A program made the translations under genes and the position numbers. A DNA stretch of 64,000 nt from an uncultured Desulfospira sp. GTDB lineage: Bacteria > Desulfobacterota > Desulfobacteria > Desulfobacterales > Desulfobacteraceae. This document shows, piece after piece, positions 11,127 through 21,008 of this stretch (its first letter is position 1; each line of letters opens with the position of its first letter). Location of the stretch: positions 608,001 to 672,000 of the forward strand of contig OY760175.1 of assembly GCA_963663165.1 (NCBI GenBank), read 5' to 3'. Below the pieces are notes generated by a model. The model was not told where the DNA came from and searched no databases. It was given only the letters and a program-made list of their open reading frames with translations.

Positions 11127-11693
11127 ATGAAAATCAACCAAATCGAACAACTGACCCGGCAATCTCACTTGAACCTTTATGCCATTGATTATCTGAACCG
11201 GGAAAACCAGAAAAAAACCTGGGTATATGCCTCAAGAAAGGGCAATGAAAAGACCGAAGGCCTGCCCGATGCCGTTGTGCTGGTTCCCTTCCATTGCCAG
11301 ACCGGAAAACTGGTAATCATTGAAGAGTTCAGGGTGGTTTTGGGCGGGTTCCAGTACGGGTTTCCGGCCGGGCTGGTAGACCCTGGTGAGACCGTGGCGG
11401 ACGCCGGAAAAAGAGAGCTTTTTGAAGAAACCGGTCTTGAAATGACAGCGGTTTTAAAACAGGGGCCGCCGGTATACTCTTCCTCGGGCATGACCGATGA
11501 ATCTGTCAGCCTGCTGTTCGTTGAATGCCAAGGGACCCCGAGCAGTCAGTATACCGAGGCTTCTGAGGAAATTCGGGTTCATATGGTTTCACGGGATGAG
11601 GCCCGGGCCCTTTTAGAGGACCCCCATCTTAAATTCGATGTAAAAACCTGGATTATTTTAAACACCTATGCATTTCACGGAATTTTAAGTTAA
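11127..11693 (+). CDS. NUDIX hydrolase (ADP-ribose pyrophosphatase-like)
   Basis: Nudix box GLVDPGETVADAGKRELFEETGL and SSGMTDE. Confidence 0.92.
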   Translation: MKINQIEQLTRQSHLNLYAIDYLNRENQKKTWVYASRKGNEKTEGLPDAVVLVPFHCQTGKLVIIEEFRVVLGGFQYGFPAGLVDPGETVADAGKRELFEETGLEMTAVLKQGPPVYSSSGMTDESVSLLFVECQGTPSSQYTEASEEIRVHMVSRDEARALLEDPHLKFDVKTWIILNTYAFHGILS

Positions 11694-11706
11694 GGAACTG
11701 CCGGTT

Positions 11707-13551
11707 TTGTTTTCAAATTTCCTATATTTTCTTGTCGCCCTGGTGATTTACACCTCCTCCCAGCTGTTTGAGCCGCCTAAAACCCTTGACCCGGACAACT
11801 GGTTTTATTTTTTGGCGCTTTCAGGGGCCTTTGTTCTGGCCTGCCGGTTTTTGTTTCACCGTCTGTCCCAAAAGGCCGTACCGCTTGGCCGCGCCGGCCT
11901 TGATCAGCAAGTAAACCGCCTGATCCGCAAGCTGTCGGTCACCGCCCTTGCCATTTATGCGGCCAGTATTTATGTGTTCAAGCTGGACCAGTGGCTGTTA
12001 AAATTAACCGTTTTTGAGATGGTTCCCACCTTTGCGGCGGTTTTGTTTCTGGGATTATTCTTGTTTTATCTGGTGGTGATCTGGAATTTTGCCTTTAAGG
12101 TGCAGTCCATGTTTTTTCCGGGCCGCCTGACTAAAAAAGATTTTCTGGTGTCCCATATTTCTTTTTCTCTTCCGGCGCTGCTGCCCTGGTTCTGCCTGTC
12201 TTTGACCGCTGATTTGATCGGCTTTCTGCCTTTTGAGGGGGTGAAAGCCGTATTGACATCTCCCTTTGGAGAGATCGGGTATATCCTTCTGGCTCTGGCC
12301 GTTATGACGGTTTTCGGGCCCTTTTTGATCCGAAAGCTTTGGCGCTGCGTCAGCCTTGAAGCGGGGCCGTCAAGGGAAATGATCGAGCAGGTATGCCAAA
12401 AAGCCGGGCTGAAATACCGGGATATTTTAAAATGGGAATTGTTCGGCGGGGCCATGATCACGGCCGGGGTAATGGGTGTGGTCAGCCGGTTCCGTTATAT
12501 TCTGGTAACCCCGGCGCTGCTCAATACCCTGAGTGAAGATGAAATAGAAGCCGTGATTTTTCATGAAATCGGCCATGTCCAAAAACATCACATGCTGTAT
12601 TACCTGATGTTCTTTGCCGGGTTCATCGCCATTAATTTTCTTTTTTTTGAGCCGTTAATGCTGCTTTTATACACGGTTTCACCGGCATATGCCGGGTTCT
12701 CGTGGTTAGGAATTCAAAGATCCGATGCCCACGCCGCCATGATTACCATCACCCTGATCGCCTGTTTCATCCTCTATTTCAGGTTTGCTTTCGGGTATTT
12801 CATGAGAAATTTTGAACGCCAGGCCGATATTCATATTTTCAGGTTCAAACCCGATGTGTTCCCCATGATATCCACCTTTCAAAAAATTGCGTTCATGACC
12901 GGGCAGTCCCCTGATAAGCCGAACTGGCACCATTACAGCATCGGGCAGCGGGTTGATTTTTTACAGGCGTGCAGCAAAGACCCTTCCCTTGTTTTGCGTC
13001 ATCATGTCCATGTTAAACGGTTGATTTGGGGGTACCTGTTATTGGTTACCCTGGTCTGTGCCATGGGATACAGTGTCAGCTACGGGGTTGCTAAAGAGCC
13101 GTTTTCACAGTTTGTGACCCAAAAAATCGTTGAACAGGAACTTGAGCTGGACCCGGACAATTCAGACCTTTATGCGGTGGTTGGCGATTACCATTATGAT
13201 CAGAAAGCCTATGGAAAGGCAGTTGAAGCGTATGAAAATGTAATCCGGATTGACCCTGAAAACGTCCATGCCTTAAACAACCTGGCTTGGCTGTATGCCA
13301 CCTGCCCGGAGGAACAGTTTCAAAATCGGGAGCGGGCCCTGGAGCTTGCCGCGACGGCCCTGTCAGTGGAAAGGCCTGCCTATGTGCTGGATACTTATGC
13401 CGAAGCCCTGTTTGTGAACAGCAAAGTGGATCAGGCCGTAGAAGCCGCAAAGGAAGCCCTTGCCGCAGCCGGCGACAAAAAAAGTTATTACCGGGAGCAG
13501 GTTCAGCGGTTTACGCAGTCCTTAAAAACCGATGGGAAAGAAGGTCATTGA
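11707..13551 (+). CDS. M48 family membrane zinc metalloprotease with C-terminal TPR region
   Basis: HEIGH and FERQAD motifs, multiple TMs, TPR-like ALNNLAWLYAT...LDTYAEAL. TTG start after AAGGA. Confidence 0.88.
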   Translation: MFSNFLYFLVALVIYTSSQLFEPPKTLDPDNWFYFLALSGAFVLACRFLFHRLSQKAVPLGRAGLDQQVNRLIRKLSVTALAIYAASIYVFKLDQWLLKLTVFEMVPTFAAVLFLGLFLFYLVVIWNFAFKVQSMFFPGRLTKKDFLVSHISFSLPALLPWFCLSLTADLIGFLPFEGVKAVLTSPFGEIGYILLALAVMTVFGPFLIRKLWRCVSLEAGPSREMIEQVCQKAGLKYRDILKWELFGGAMITAGVMGVVSRFRYILVTPALLNTLSEDEIEAVIFHEIGHVQKHHMLYYLMFFAGFIAINFLFFEPLMLLLYTVSPAYAGFSWLGIQRSDAHAAMITITLIACFILYFRFAFGYFMRNFERQADIHIFRFKPDVFPMISTFQKIAFMTGQSPDKPNWHHYSIGQRVDFLQACSKDPSLVLRHHVHVKRLIWGYLLLVTLVCAMGYSVSYGVAKEPFSQFVTQKIVEQELELDPDNSDLYAVVGDYHYDQKAYGKAVEAYENVIRIDPENVHALNNLAWLYATCPEEQFQNRERALELAATALSVERPAYVLDTYAEALFVNSKVDQAVEAAKEALAAAGDKKSYYREQVQRFTQSLKTDGKEGH

Positions 13552-14175
13552 TGCTGCCGTATGAACCACCTTGGTAATCAGCCGGCCCGTCCGGTTGGAA
13601 ACAACCAGGGCCATGGTGTCCTGAAGGGCGATTAATTTACCGAAAATACGCTCAAAGCTTAAATTTTTGACCGGACCGTCGCACTGGTTTGTGGCCAGGA
13701 ACAATTGGCCGTCGGCCTGGTACCGGTTGTTGATCCGCCAGACAAAAATTTCAATGTTCCGGGCACTGTTGTACAGGTTTTGCTGGTCCAGAAAATCGAT
13801 CATATAAAGGCTGCATTTTCCGGAATAGGAGGATATGATCATGGTGTACAGCCCATACATGACGGCAAACACGCGGTCACCGGTAAATTCGGGTTCAAAG
13901 CCAAGCAAAATGGCTTCGGTTCCCTGTTTATTGGAAAGTTCGGAAAAATTTTGAAGGGGAGGGCATTGGAAAATTGAAGCAATCCTGGAATCAATGGTGG
14001 CACCCGGGCTTTTTTCAAGCTCATCTGAATTCATCTTGTAGAGCTTGACGGTCAGGGTTTTGAGCAGAGACCGGACTTGCTCGATGTGAATATCGGCCAC
14101 CATATCCACATCGGCTTTTGCCAGATTATTGATTTTAAATCCCGGGGCTTTGACGCTGCACCCGGGACAAATCAA
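13522..14175 (-). CDS. Conserved hypothetical lipoprotein; true start probably upstream (see findings)
   Basis: 217-aa ORF with in-frame upstream hydrophobic stretch YLIVFCCLFLICPGC ending in a lipobox-like Cys. Confidence 0.7.
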   Translation of the reverse strand: MICPGCSVKAPGFKINNLAKADVDMVADIHIEQVRSLLKTLTVKLYKMNSDELEKSPGATIDSRIASIFQCPPLQNFSELSNKQGTEAILLGFEPEFTGDRVFAVMYGLYTMIISSYSGKCSLYMIDFLDQQNLYNSARNIEIFVWRINNRYQADGQLFLATNQCDGPVKNLSFERIFGKLIALQDTMALVVSNRTGRLITKVVHTAASMTFFPIGF

Positions 14176-14203
14176 AAAAAGGCAACAGAAAACAATCAGA
14201 TAT

Positions 14204-14659
14204 TTATGCCAAATGTCCAGTTCTAAACTCTTGGATCCCCTGATGAAGCGTTTTTACAGCCAGCTGTATGCAATGGTGCTTTTTTTCAGGGATATTTTCA
14301 AGGGCGTTAAATACATCGCCGTCATCAATTTCAAGGGCCTGGTCAAGGGTTTTGCCTTTTACCAGGTCAACGGCTGCCATGGCTGCTGAAACTGCTCCGG
14401 CACATCCTGTAATCTCATACCGGACATCTTCAATAATCTGATCTTCCCCCACTTTGATATAAACTTTCATTATATCACCACAGGAACCGACTTTTTCAGA
14501 TATCTGGTTTGCGTCTTCCAAATGTCCCATGTATTTTTTTTCAAGAAAGTAGTCAATTGCCGGCTGGCCATACCCGGCATCGGCAAGCATTTTTCGTTCA
14601 GATTCCCTGGTTGTAATTTCAATTGCCACTGGTTTTTCCTTTTGTTGGGCCCTTTTCAA
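14204..14659 (-). CDS. IscU/NifU N-terminal-domain Fe-S scaffold-like protein
   Basis: GSCGD, GCAGA and KHHC carry the three scaffold Cys residues. Confidence 0.85.
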   Translation of the reverse strand: MKRAQQKEKPVAIEITTRESERKMLADAGYGQPAIDYFLEKKYMGHLEDANQISEKVGSCGDIMKVYIKVGEDQIIEDVRYEITGCAGAVSAAMAAVDLVKGKTLDQALEIDDGDVFNALENIPEKKHHCIQLAVKTLHQGIQEFRTGHLA

Positions 14660-14978
14660 AATCTTTTATTGCACTGATTTGTTGCGCTGGGCTGTAAAAT
14701 CAAGTCATATATCCTAAACACGTCGCTCATAAAATAATTAATTTCATTTTTATGTCAAGTAAAATTGTCAGGCAGCCCCCTGGGAGCAGATAAATATAAA
14801 AATTAAAAATAAGACTTGTGATTTAGATGCGTTATGGTATGCTAACCAAAACAGGGAACTCGACTAAACAAGCAGATCAATTTTCGTAACAAAATGGTCA
14901 GTTATTCCGCTATGTAACAAATAGCATCTATAGCTATATTGTATATTCACCTTGGCAGACAGAATAGGAGATCCTGCT

Positions 14979-15209
14979 ATGAAAGAATTGATTGAGTATA
15001 TCGCTCAAGCGCTGGTTGACAATCCCCAAGACGTTAACGTACAGGAAATTAAGGCACAACAGACCCTGGTTCTCGAACTTCGGGTCGCAAAGGAAGACCT
15101 CGGTAAAGTTATCGGAAAAAAAGGCAGGACCGCCCAGGCCATGCGAACCATCCTTTCGTGTGCATCTGCCAAGGAACAAAAAAGGGTCATTTTAGAGATT
15201 GTTGAATAA
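14979..15209 (+). CDS. khpA: KH-domain RNA-binding protein (KhpA/YlqC family)
   Basis: [16 protein letters not shown] and [21 protein letters not shown]. Confidence 0.92.
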   Translation: MKELIEYIAQALVDNPQDVNVQEIKAQQTLVLELRVAKEDLGKVIGKKGRTAQAMRTILSCASAKEQKRVILEIVE

Positions 15210-15245
15210 CCTTAAATCATTGTAAAGTCCGTAAAAAAACGGCGT

Positions 15246-16004
15246 TTATCCTAACCAATCTATCGCATCCTTTAAGTGGTGCAGTCCGTTGTCATCGGTA
15301 AGACCCGATTGGATGGGTGAAATTGAAATATAGTTGTTTTTTACGGCATGGGCATCGGTCCCGGCAGGGGCGTCAATTCCCCCCATGGGACCGTACCAAA
15401 AATATTTCCTGTCTCTTGGATCGATACGGCAGTCAAACCGGGTGGACAGATTGGTTTGGGCCGGACGGGTGATTTGAACCCCGCTGACCTGATCAATGGG
15501 AGAGTCCGGGCCATTAATATTTAAAAAGGTGCCGGCCGTTAAGTCAAGCTCCGCCACCCGGTGCACCATGCCGGCCGAGAACCGGGCCATCCCCTTAAAA
15601 TCCATGTACTCGCCTGTCATGAGCGATACCGCTATACAGGAAAGACCATTTAAAGCACCTTCCCTGGCCGCCGCCGCCGTTCCTGAATAATTAATATCCA
15701 CCCCAAGATTTCCCCCGGCATTGATTCCTGAAATAACCAGGTCCGGCCGACCTTTAAATACTTCAAACAATCCGAGCTTAATGCAGTCCACAGGGGTTCC
15801 GTTTACGGCATACCCGGTGTCCTGGCTGTCCAGTTTGATTTTGGTGATTCTCAAAGGCGTGTGCAAAGAAATGGAATGGCTGACCGCACTTTTTTCACGA
15901 TCCGGCGCAATCAGGGTCACCTCGTGAAAGGCAGACAGTTCTTCATACAGCGCATTGATGCCCGGCGCCTTGTATCCATCATCGTTGGTCAGAAAAATTT
16001 TCAT
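15246..16004 (-). CDS. surE: 5'/3'-nucleotidase SurE
   Basis: LTNDDG, GTPVDC, SGINAGGNLG and YSGT motifs. Confidence 0.96.
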   Translation of the reverse strand: MKIFLTNDDGYKAPGINALYEELSAFHEVTLIAPDREKSAVSHSISLHTPLRITKIKLDSQDTGYAVNGTPVDCIKLGLFEVFKGRPDLVISGINAGGNLGVDINYSGTAAAAREGALNGLSCIAVSLMTGEYMDFKGMARFSAGMVHRVAELDLTAGTFLNINGPDSPIDQVSGVQITRPAQTNLSTRFDCRIDPRDRKYFWYGPMGGIDAPAGTDAHAVKNNYISISPIQSGLTDDNGLHHLKDAIDWLG

Positions 16005-16467
16005 TTTGTTCCTAATAAAATTTAAGTGTTGCTCAAAACCCCTGAAAAACGGTCCATGCCGGCATGGCGGAACGGTCTTTTTTAAACATATTCAGTTTAA
16101 AGTTTTATTAGCATGTTGCGGTTTTATTGGCCAGAGGGGCATCAGATTCATAATTTCGGGGTTGAGAAGCCGATGTCTCAATTCCAAGCCCACAGACGCT
16201 TTGCTGGCATCAATCCTCCGCCGTATATTTTGTGAATTTTCCTTCACAATCAACAGGTTGTTACGATAGGCGAAAAGGGTTTTTGTCTTTTGACGATAAA
16301 GGGAAATCCGGTTTTGGCAGTATTACCGCCATGCCAAAGATCGTCTGCGATGGTTTCAGCCCGTTTGATTTCCCAATGGAGAAATACAACACAGATTGTA
16401 ACTATTCAGCTAATGCTGAAAACTAAGCAGAACCAGGGTCCGTAACTGTTCATCAGTGCTTCATATA

Positions 16468-16506
16468 AACGGCCATGGGCCACAAGCCCACAACGAATAA
16501 TGAAAC
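16468..16506. repeat. Partial copy F of the ~92-bp repeat
   Basis: AACGGCCATGGGC...GCCCACAACGAATAATGAAA with a shortened first hairpin. Confidence 0.7.
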
Positions 16507-16588
16507 TGAAGATACCAGCAACGGTAGCCTATAAATTGGGCACCGCAGGTGCTTCGCCCTCTTGTCTCTTGTCTCCAGTTTCTTATAA

Positions 16589-16680
16589 AACGGCCACGGG
16601 CCGCCCTGGTTATCCAACCAAGCACCGCCCACAACGAAAAATGAAAGTCTTCTCAAGATGTTAGTGAGACTTTCATATAA
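16589..16680. repeat. Copy B of the ~92-bp two-hairpin repeat, immediately 3' of selC
   Basis: AACGGCCACGGGCCGCCCTGGTTATCCAACCAAGCACCGCCCACAACG...ATGAAAGTCT...AGACTTTCATATAA. Confidence 0.92.
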
Positions 16681-16686
16681 AAAAAA

Positions 16687-16784
16687 TGGCGGAAGCACAT
16701 GGGAATCGAACCCACCCGGGACGGTTCTAACGCCCCACATTGGATTTGAAGTCCAAGGGCCCCACCAGTGAGCCGCGTGCTTCC
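16687..16784 (-). tRNA. selC: tRNA-Sec (anticodon UCA)
   Basis: 8-bp acceptor stem GGAAGCAC/GTGCTTCC, anticodon loop CTTCAAA, long variable arm, GGTTCGATTCC, encoded CCA, 98 nt. Upstream TTGACA at 16820-16825. Confidence 0.96.
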
Positions 16785-16908
16785 GCAACCCGGGTAATGT
16801 ATACCCTGTGTCATGTTTTTGTCAATTTTTTTCCTCAATTTTAAGGGTGTTTCATCTTTGATTTCCTGGGCAAGTTAGGGTATGGGATAATAAAAAACAG
16901 GAGGATAT

Positions 16909-17880
16909 ATGAAAAAAAAAGGGATTTGTTTATGCACATTGGTTTTGTGGGGATGCTGTTTTACCTGGGCTGTATCCGGAACTGCGCCTGAACCGCCTTC
17001 ATATGGAAGCCCAAGCCTTTCAGGCCGCGTTACCGACACTGATCTGCCCGAAATTTCCGGGTTGGCCGGATCTTGTAAAACCCAAGGCCTTTTATGGATG
17101 ATCAATGACAGCGGCAATGCCAATACTTTGTTCGGGGTTTCAGCCACCGGGCAGGTTTTAGGTAAATTTAACATCAAAGACGCTCCGAATGTGGACTGGG
17201 AGGACCTTTCATCATTTACTCAGGGCCGGGAAAGTTACCTGTTAATTGCCGATGTGGGGGATAACATGGCCATGCGGTCATCCTGCTGTCTTTACATTGT
17301 CCGGGAACCTGAAATAAACGGGGCTGAGAATAACCAAACAATTGAAAACCTGGGGCTTTACGCCAAGATAACGTTCAGTTATGAAGACGGGCCAAGGGAT
17401 TGTGAGGCCGTGGCGGTTGATTCTGTAAAACAGAAAATTTACCTGTTAAGCAAACGGACGGTTCCGCCGGTTTTATATGAACTTCCCTTAATCATGAAAA
17501 ATTCAGACGGCATTTATATGGCCACCCCGGTTGCCCGCCTGAACAGTCTTCCTTCGCCTACGCCCGATGACTTAAAGGATAAATATGGAAAATTCAGATC
17601 CCAGCCCACGGCCATGGATCTGAGCCCTGACGGAAATGCCATGGTCATTTTGACCTATAAAAATGCCTACTGGTATGAAAAAGAATCCAAAGAGAATTGG
17701 GATAAGGCCTTTTCCCGGCAACCCGGTTGCCTTACACTGCCCCATCCCCATACCGGGGAACTGCTTATTCGGGAGGCCTTGTGCCTTTGCCCGCAGACCC
17801 AAAACATTTATGTCAGCTCAGAACGGCTGCCGGCCCCGATTTACGTTCTTTGCCCAATTTTGTATGGAATTAAACCATGA
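16909..17880 (+). CDS. Secreted protein, probable beta-propeller (phytase-like/SdiA-regulated-like)
   Basis: Signal peptide, repeated blade-like motifs EISGLA, NDSG, DWEDL, DVGDN, DCEAVA; RBS GGAGG. Confidence 0.65.
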   Translation: MKKKGICLCTLVLWGCCFTWAVSGTAPEPPSYGSPSLSGRVTDTDLPEISGLAGSCKTQGLLWMINDSGNANTLFGVSATGQVLGKFNIKDAPNVDWEDLSSFTQGRESYLLIADVGDNMAMRSSCCLYIVREPEINGAENNQTIENLGLYAKITFSYEDGPRDCEAVAVDSVKQKIYLLSKRTVPPVLYELPLIMKNSDGIYMATPVARLNSLPSPTPDDLKDKYGKFRSQPTAMDLSPDGNAMVILTYKNAYWYEKESKENWDKAFSRQPGCLTLPHPHTGELLIREALCLCPQTQNIYVSSERLPAPIYVLCPILYGIKP

Positions 17881-17916
17881 ACTTTAGTATAAAGTAGAAT
17901 TTTGATTTTACTCAAA

Positions 17917-18007
17917 AACGGCCCCGGGCTGTCTTGGTTATCCAACCAAGAACCGCCCACAACAAATAATGAAAGTTTTCTCAGGATGTTAGTGAGAATT
18001 CATACAA
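17917..18007. repeat. Copy C of the ~92-bp repeat
   Basis: AACGGCCCCGGGCTGTCTTGGTTATCCAACCAAGAACCGCCCACAAC...ATGAAAGTTTTCTCAGGATGTTAGTGAGAATTCATACA. Confidence 0.9.
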
Positions 18008-18023
18008 AATGAGGCTGTATGAA

Positions 18024-19163
18024 ATGATCAATGCTCAGCGATTGGGAAATGTATTTACCGAGCTTGTCCGGATTGATTCCGAATCCCGGAATGAGGCTGC
18101 CATTGCCGCCGATCTTGAAAAACGGCTGACCCGGCTGGGTGCAACGGTAAGGTTTGACAATGCCGCCCAAAAAACCTTGGGCAACGCCTCCAATATGGTG
18201 GCCAGATTCAACGGCAACCAGGATGTGGCCCCCTTGTTTTTGTCCGGCCATATGGATACGGTAAAACCGGGGAACAACATTAAGGTGATTTTTGAAAACG
18301 GGGTTTTCAGAAGTGACGGTACCACCATTCTCGGAGCCGATGACAAGTCTGCCCTGGCCATTATTCTTGAGGTCATGGAAGTTGTTCTGGAAAATGATCT
18401 GCCCTGCCCCCCGGTGGAGGTGGTGATAACGGTTTGTGAAGAAATCGGACTGGTAGGGGCCAAAAATTTTGATTTTTCCCTGATGGAGTCGACTTTTGGC
18501 TATATTCTGGACTCCACGGAAACCGACGGTATTGTGACAAGGGCACCGGCCGCCAACCAGATCAAAGCCGTGGTTTACGGCAAGGCCGCCCATGCCGGCG
18601 CAGAGCCAGAGAACGGGGTAAATGCCATTTATGCCGCCGCCAAGGCCATTTCAAAAATGACCCTTGGCCGGATAGATGAGGAAACCACCTGCAATTTAGG
18701 GATCATTAAAGGCGGCATGGCCACCAATATTGTTCCCGAACAGGTAGAAATTCTTGGAGAGGCCAGAAGCCATGACCTGTTAAAGCTTGAAAAGGTTACC
18801 GCCCACATCACGGACACCTTTGAGAATACCATTAAGGAACTCCGGGGTGAAAATGACCTTCCAACGGTGAAAGTTGAGGTGCTCACCGATTTTACGGCCA
18901 CCCGGATCCCTGAAGATCATTTGGTGGTCAAGCTGGCCCGCAAGGCCAGTGCCAATCTGGGCAAACCCCTTGTGTCCCAGACCATCGGCGGCGGTGCCGA
19001 TGCCAATGTTTTTTTTGGCAAAGGCGTTGTGGCAGGGGTTTTAGGGACAGGCATGACCGATGTTCATACCCTCAAAGAGTCCATAAAACTAAAAGATATG
19101 GTCAACGCCGCCAACCTGGTGCTTGAAATTCTCAAGGTTCATGCCCTGAAGGAAGACCTTTAA
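18024..19163 (+). CDS. M20 family peptidase (peptidase T-like)
   Basis: GHMDTV, LGADDK, CEEIG, GGGADAN and DVHT motifs. Confidence 0.92.
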   Translation: MINAQRLGNVFTELVRIDSESRNEAAIAADLEKRLTRLGATVRFDNAAQKTLGNASNMVARFNGNQDVAPLFLSGHMDTVKPGNNIKVIFENGVFRSDGTTILGADDKSALAIILEVMEVVLENDLPCPPVEVVITVCEEIGLVGAKNFDFSLMESTFGYILDSTETDGIVTRAPAANQIKAVVYGKAAHAGAEPENGVNAIYAAAKAISKMTLGRIDEETTCNLGIIKGGMATNIVPEQVEILGEARSHDLLKLEKVTAHITDTFENTIKELRGENDLPTVKVEVLTDFTATRIPEDHLVVKLARKASANLGKPLVSQTIGGGADANVFFGKGVVAGVLGTGMTDVHTLKESIKLKDMVNAANLVLEILKVHALKEDL

Positions 19164-20384
19164 ATGATTCTTTATCTGGATGTTTTTTCCGGCATCAGCG
19201 GGGACATGACCTTAGGTGCTTTTGTGGACCTTGGGGTGCCGGCGGCCTATATTGAAGAACAGCTTGGCCCCATGTTCAACGGATTTGGCCTTAAGGTGGA
19301 AACCGTGTACCGGCATCACCTCAAAGCCACCAATGTTTTTGTGGATGTGACAGACCACCAGACCTCAAGGCATTACACGGACATTCAACACATTATTTCA
19401 GATTCAAACCTGTCAGACGGGGTAAAAGAAAAAAGCCTTAAAGCCTTTGAAAAAATTGCCCTGGCCGAATCATCCATTCATGGACAAGATATCAAGACGG
19501 TCCATTTTCATGAGGTGGGCGCCATAGATTCCATGGTGGATATTATTGGCAGCTTTTTGTGCGTGGAATACCTTGGCATCCAAACCGTTTTTTCCTCGGT
19601 TATCCCATTGGGCTCGGGATTTATTGAATGTGCCCATGGCAAAATCCCGGTCCCGGTGCCGGCGGTGACCAGGATTCTTGAAGGGGTTCCGGTGAAAGGA
19701 TCTGATGCCACAACGGAGATTGTGACCCCCACAGGGGCCGCCATTGCCACCACCCTTTGCTCAGATTTCGGGCCCATGCCGGATATGAAGATTCTTAAAA
19801 CCGGGTACGGGGCCGGAAAACGAAAAACCGGTTCATCCCTGCCCAACCTGCTGCGCATGGTTTTGGGAAAGGCCCTCCCGGATAATGAAAATGCCCCGTA
19901 TCCTAAAACAGGAGAGGATGACCCGGTTTATGTGGTTCATACCAACCTGGATGATATCACCCCGGAAATTCTCGGATTTGTCATGGACCGCCTGTTTGAC
20001 AAGGGGGCCCTTGATGTTTCATACGCCCCGATTCAAATGAAAAAAAATCGGCCCGGGACACGGCTTGAGGCCATTGTCAGACCTGAGGACCTTTCTTTGG
20101 TCACGGACACCATTTTATCTGAAACCAGCGCGTTAGGGGTCCGGTATGCCCCCTGGGACCGAAAAACCTTGAAACGCGAGCCGGTGGACATAGAGACCGA
20201 ATTTGGAACAATCCGTTTCAAGCGGGTGTTATCCCTGTCCGGGACCTGGAACCTGGTTCCGGAATATGAGCAGTTAAAAGATATTGCCCTTAAGGAAAAC
20301 CTCCCTTTGAAAGCGGTATATGCCAGAATTGCGGCTCAATTGGATGACCTTGGCAGCCTTGACAGCAAAGGACCTAAAGGGTAG
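19164..20384 (+). CDS. larC: Nickel-pincer cofactor biosynthesis protein LarC
   Basis: SGISGDM, VHFHEVGAIDS, TPTGAA, TNLDD, MKKNRPG and PEYE motifs. Confidence 0.93.
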   Translation: MILYLDVFSGISGDMTLGAFVDLGVPAAYIEEQLGPMFNGFGLKVETVYRHHLKATNVFVDVTDHQTSRHYTDIQHIISDSNLSDGVKEKSLKAFEKIALAESSIHGQDIKTVHFHEVGAIDSMVDIIGSFLCVEYLGIQTVFSSVIPLGSGFIECAHGKIPVPVPAVTRILEGVPVKGSDATTEIVTPTGAAIATTLCSDFGPMPDMKILKTGYGAGKRKTGSSLPNLLRMVLGKALPDNENAPYPKTGEDDPVYVVHTNLDDITPEILGFVMDRLFDKGALDVSYAPIQMKKNRPGTRLEAIVRPEDLSLVTDTILSETSALGVRYAPWDRKTLKREPVDIETEFGTIRFKRVLSLSGTWNLVPEYEQLKDIALKENLPLKAVYARIAAQLDDLGSLDSKGPKG

Positions 20385-20395
20385 ATAGTGGTGTG

Positions 20396-20866
20396 ATGAA
20401 AGCCCATTTGAAAGACCGTCTCATCCTGTTTGCCGCCACCGGGTTCGGGCTTGGCAAAGCCCCTTTTGCCCCGGGGACTTTTGGCACCCTTGCCGGCATC
20501 CCCCTGATCTGGCTGATGGCCGTCATTCCCGGTCTCTGGTCCGGATTTGTCCTGACCGGAATTATACTGGTTTCGGTCTTTACGGCTGACAGGGCTGAAG
20601 CCCTTCTGGGGGTGAAAGACCCCGGGGCTATTGTGATTGATGAAATGGCAGGGTACTGCGTTACCATGTCCCTGGTACCGGTGGGGTGGGCTTCTCTTGG
20701 CGCGGGGTTTATCCTGTTCAGGTGTTTTGATATTTTCAAACCCTGGCCGGTCATTTATTTTGAAAAGAATTTTACCGGCGGGGCCGGGATTGTCCTGGAT
20801 GATCTCATGGCCGGGATGATGGCGGGCTTTTGTCTGAAGCTTATCAACTGGACCGGGCTGATCTGA
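20396..20866 (+). CDS. pgpA: Phosphatidylglycerophosphatase A
   Basis: APGTFGT, DPGAIVIDE, FRCFDIFKPWP and GIVLDD; typical position before recA. Confidence 0.93.
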   Translation: MKAHLKDRLILFAATGFGLGKAPFAPGTFGTLAGIPLIWLMAVIPGLWSGFVLTGIILVSVFTADRAEALLGVKDPGAIVIDEMAGYCVTMSLVPVGWASLGAGFILFRCFDIFKPWPVIYFEKNFTGGAGIVLDDLMAGMMAGFCLKLINWTGLI

Positions 20867-20869
20867 GAT

Positions 20870-20897
20870 AACGGCCCGCAACCAATAATGAAAGTCA
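20870..20897. repeat. Short remnant G of the ~92-bp repeat
   Basis: AACGGCCCGCAACCAATAATGAAAGTC just after the pgpA stop codon. Confidence 0.55.
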
Positions 20898-21008
20898 GAG
20901 GCCATCAGAAACTGAGCCGGTTACGGATCAGGATGCCTGCAAAAAAACAAAGGGTAACCCCAAAAGACGGCAAAAGGGGTTGCACAAAAAACAGGTTGGA
21001 GAACAACA

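Noticed and set aside
16005..16686. Genomic island integrated at selC
   Set aside because: No integrase and no duplicated tRNA 3' end was found; only short repeats lie before surE.
15955..16838. Short ORFs between surE and selC (15955-16269, 16232-16426, 16453-16788, 16653-16838)
   Set aside because: No recognisable motifs or RBS; two of them run through the tRNA and repeat elements.
20900..21008. LexA box upstream of recA
   Set aside because: Only an imperfect GTAACCCC/GGGGTTGC inverted repeat with a long spacer; it does not match a LexA consensus I can state with confidence.
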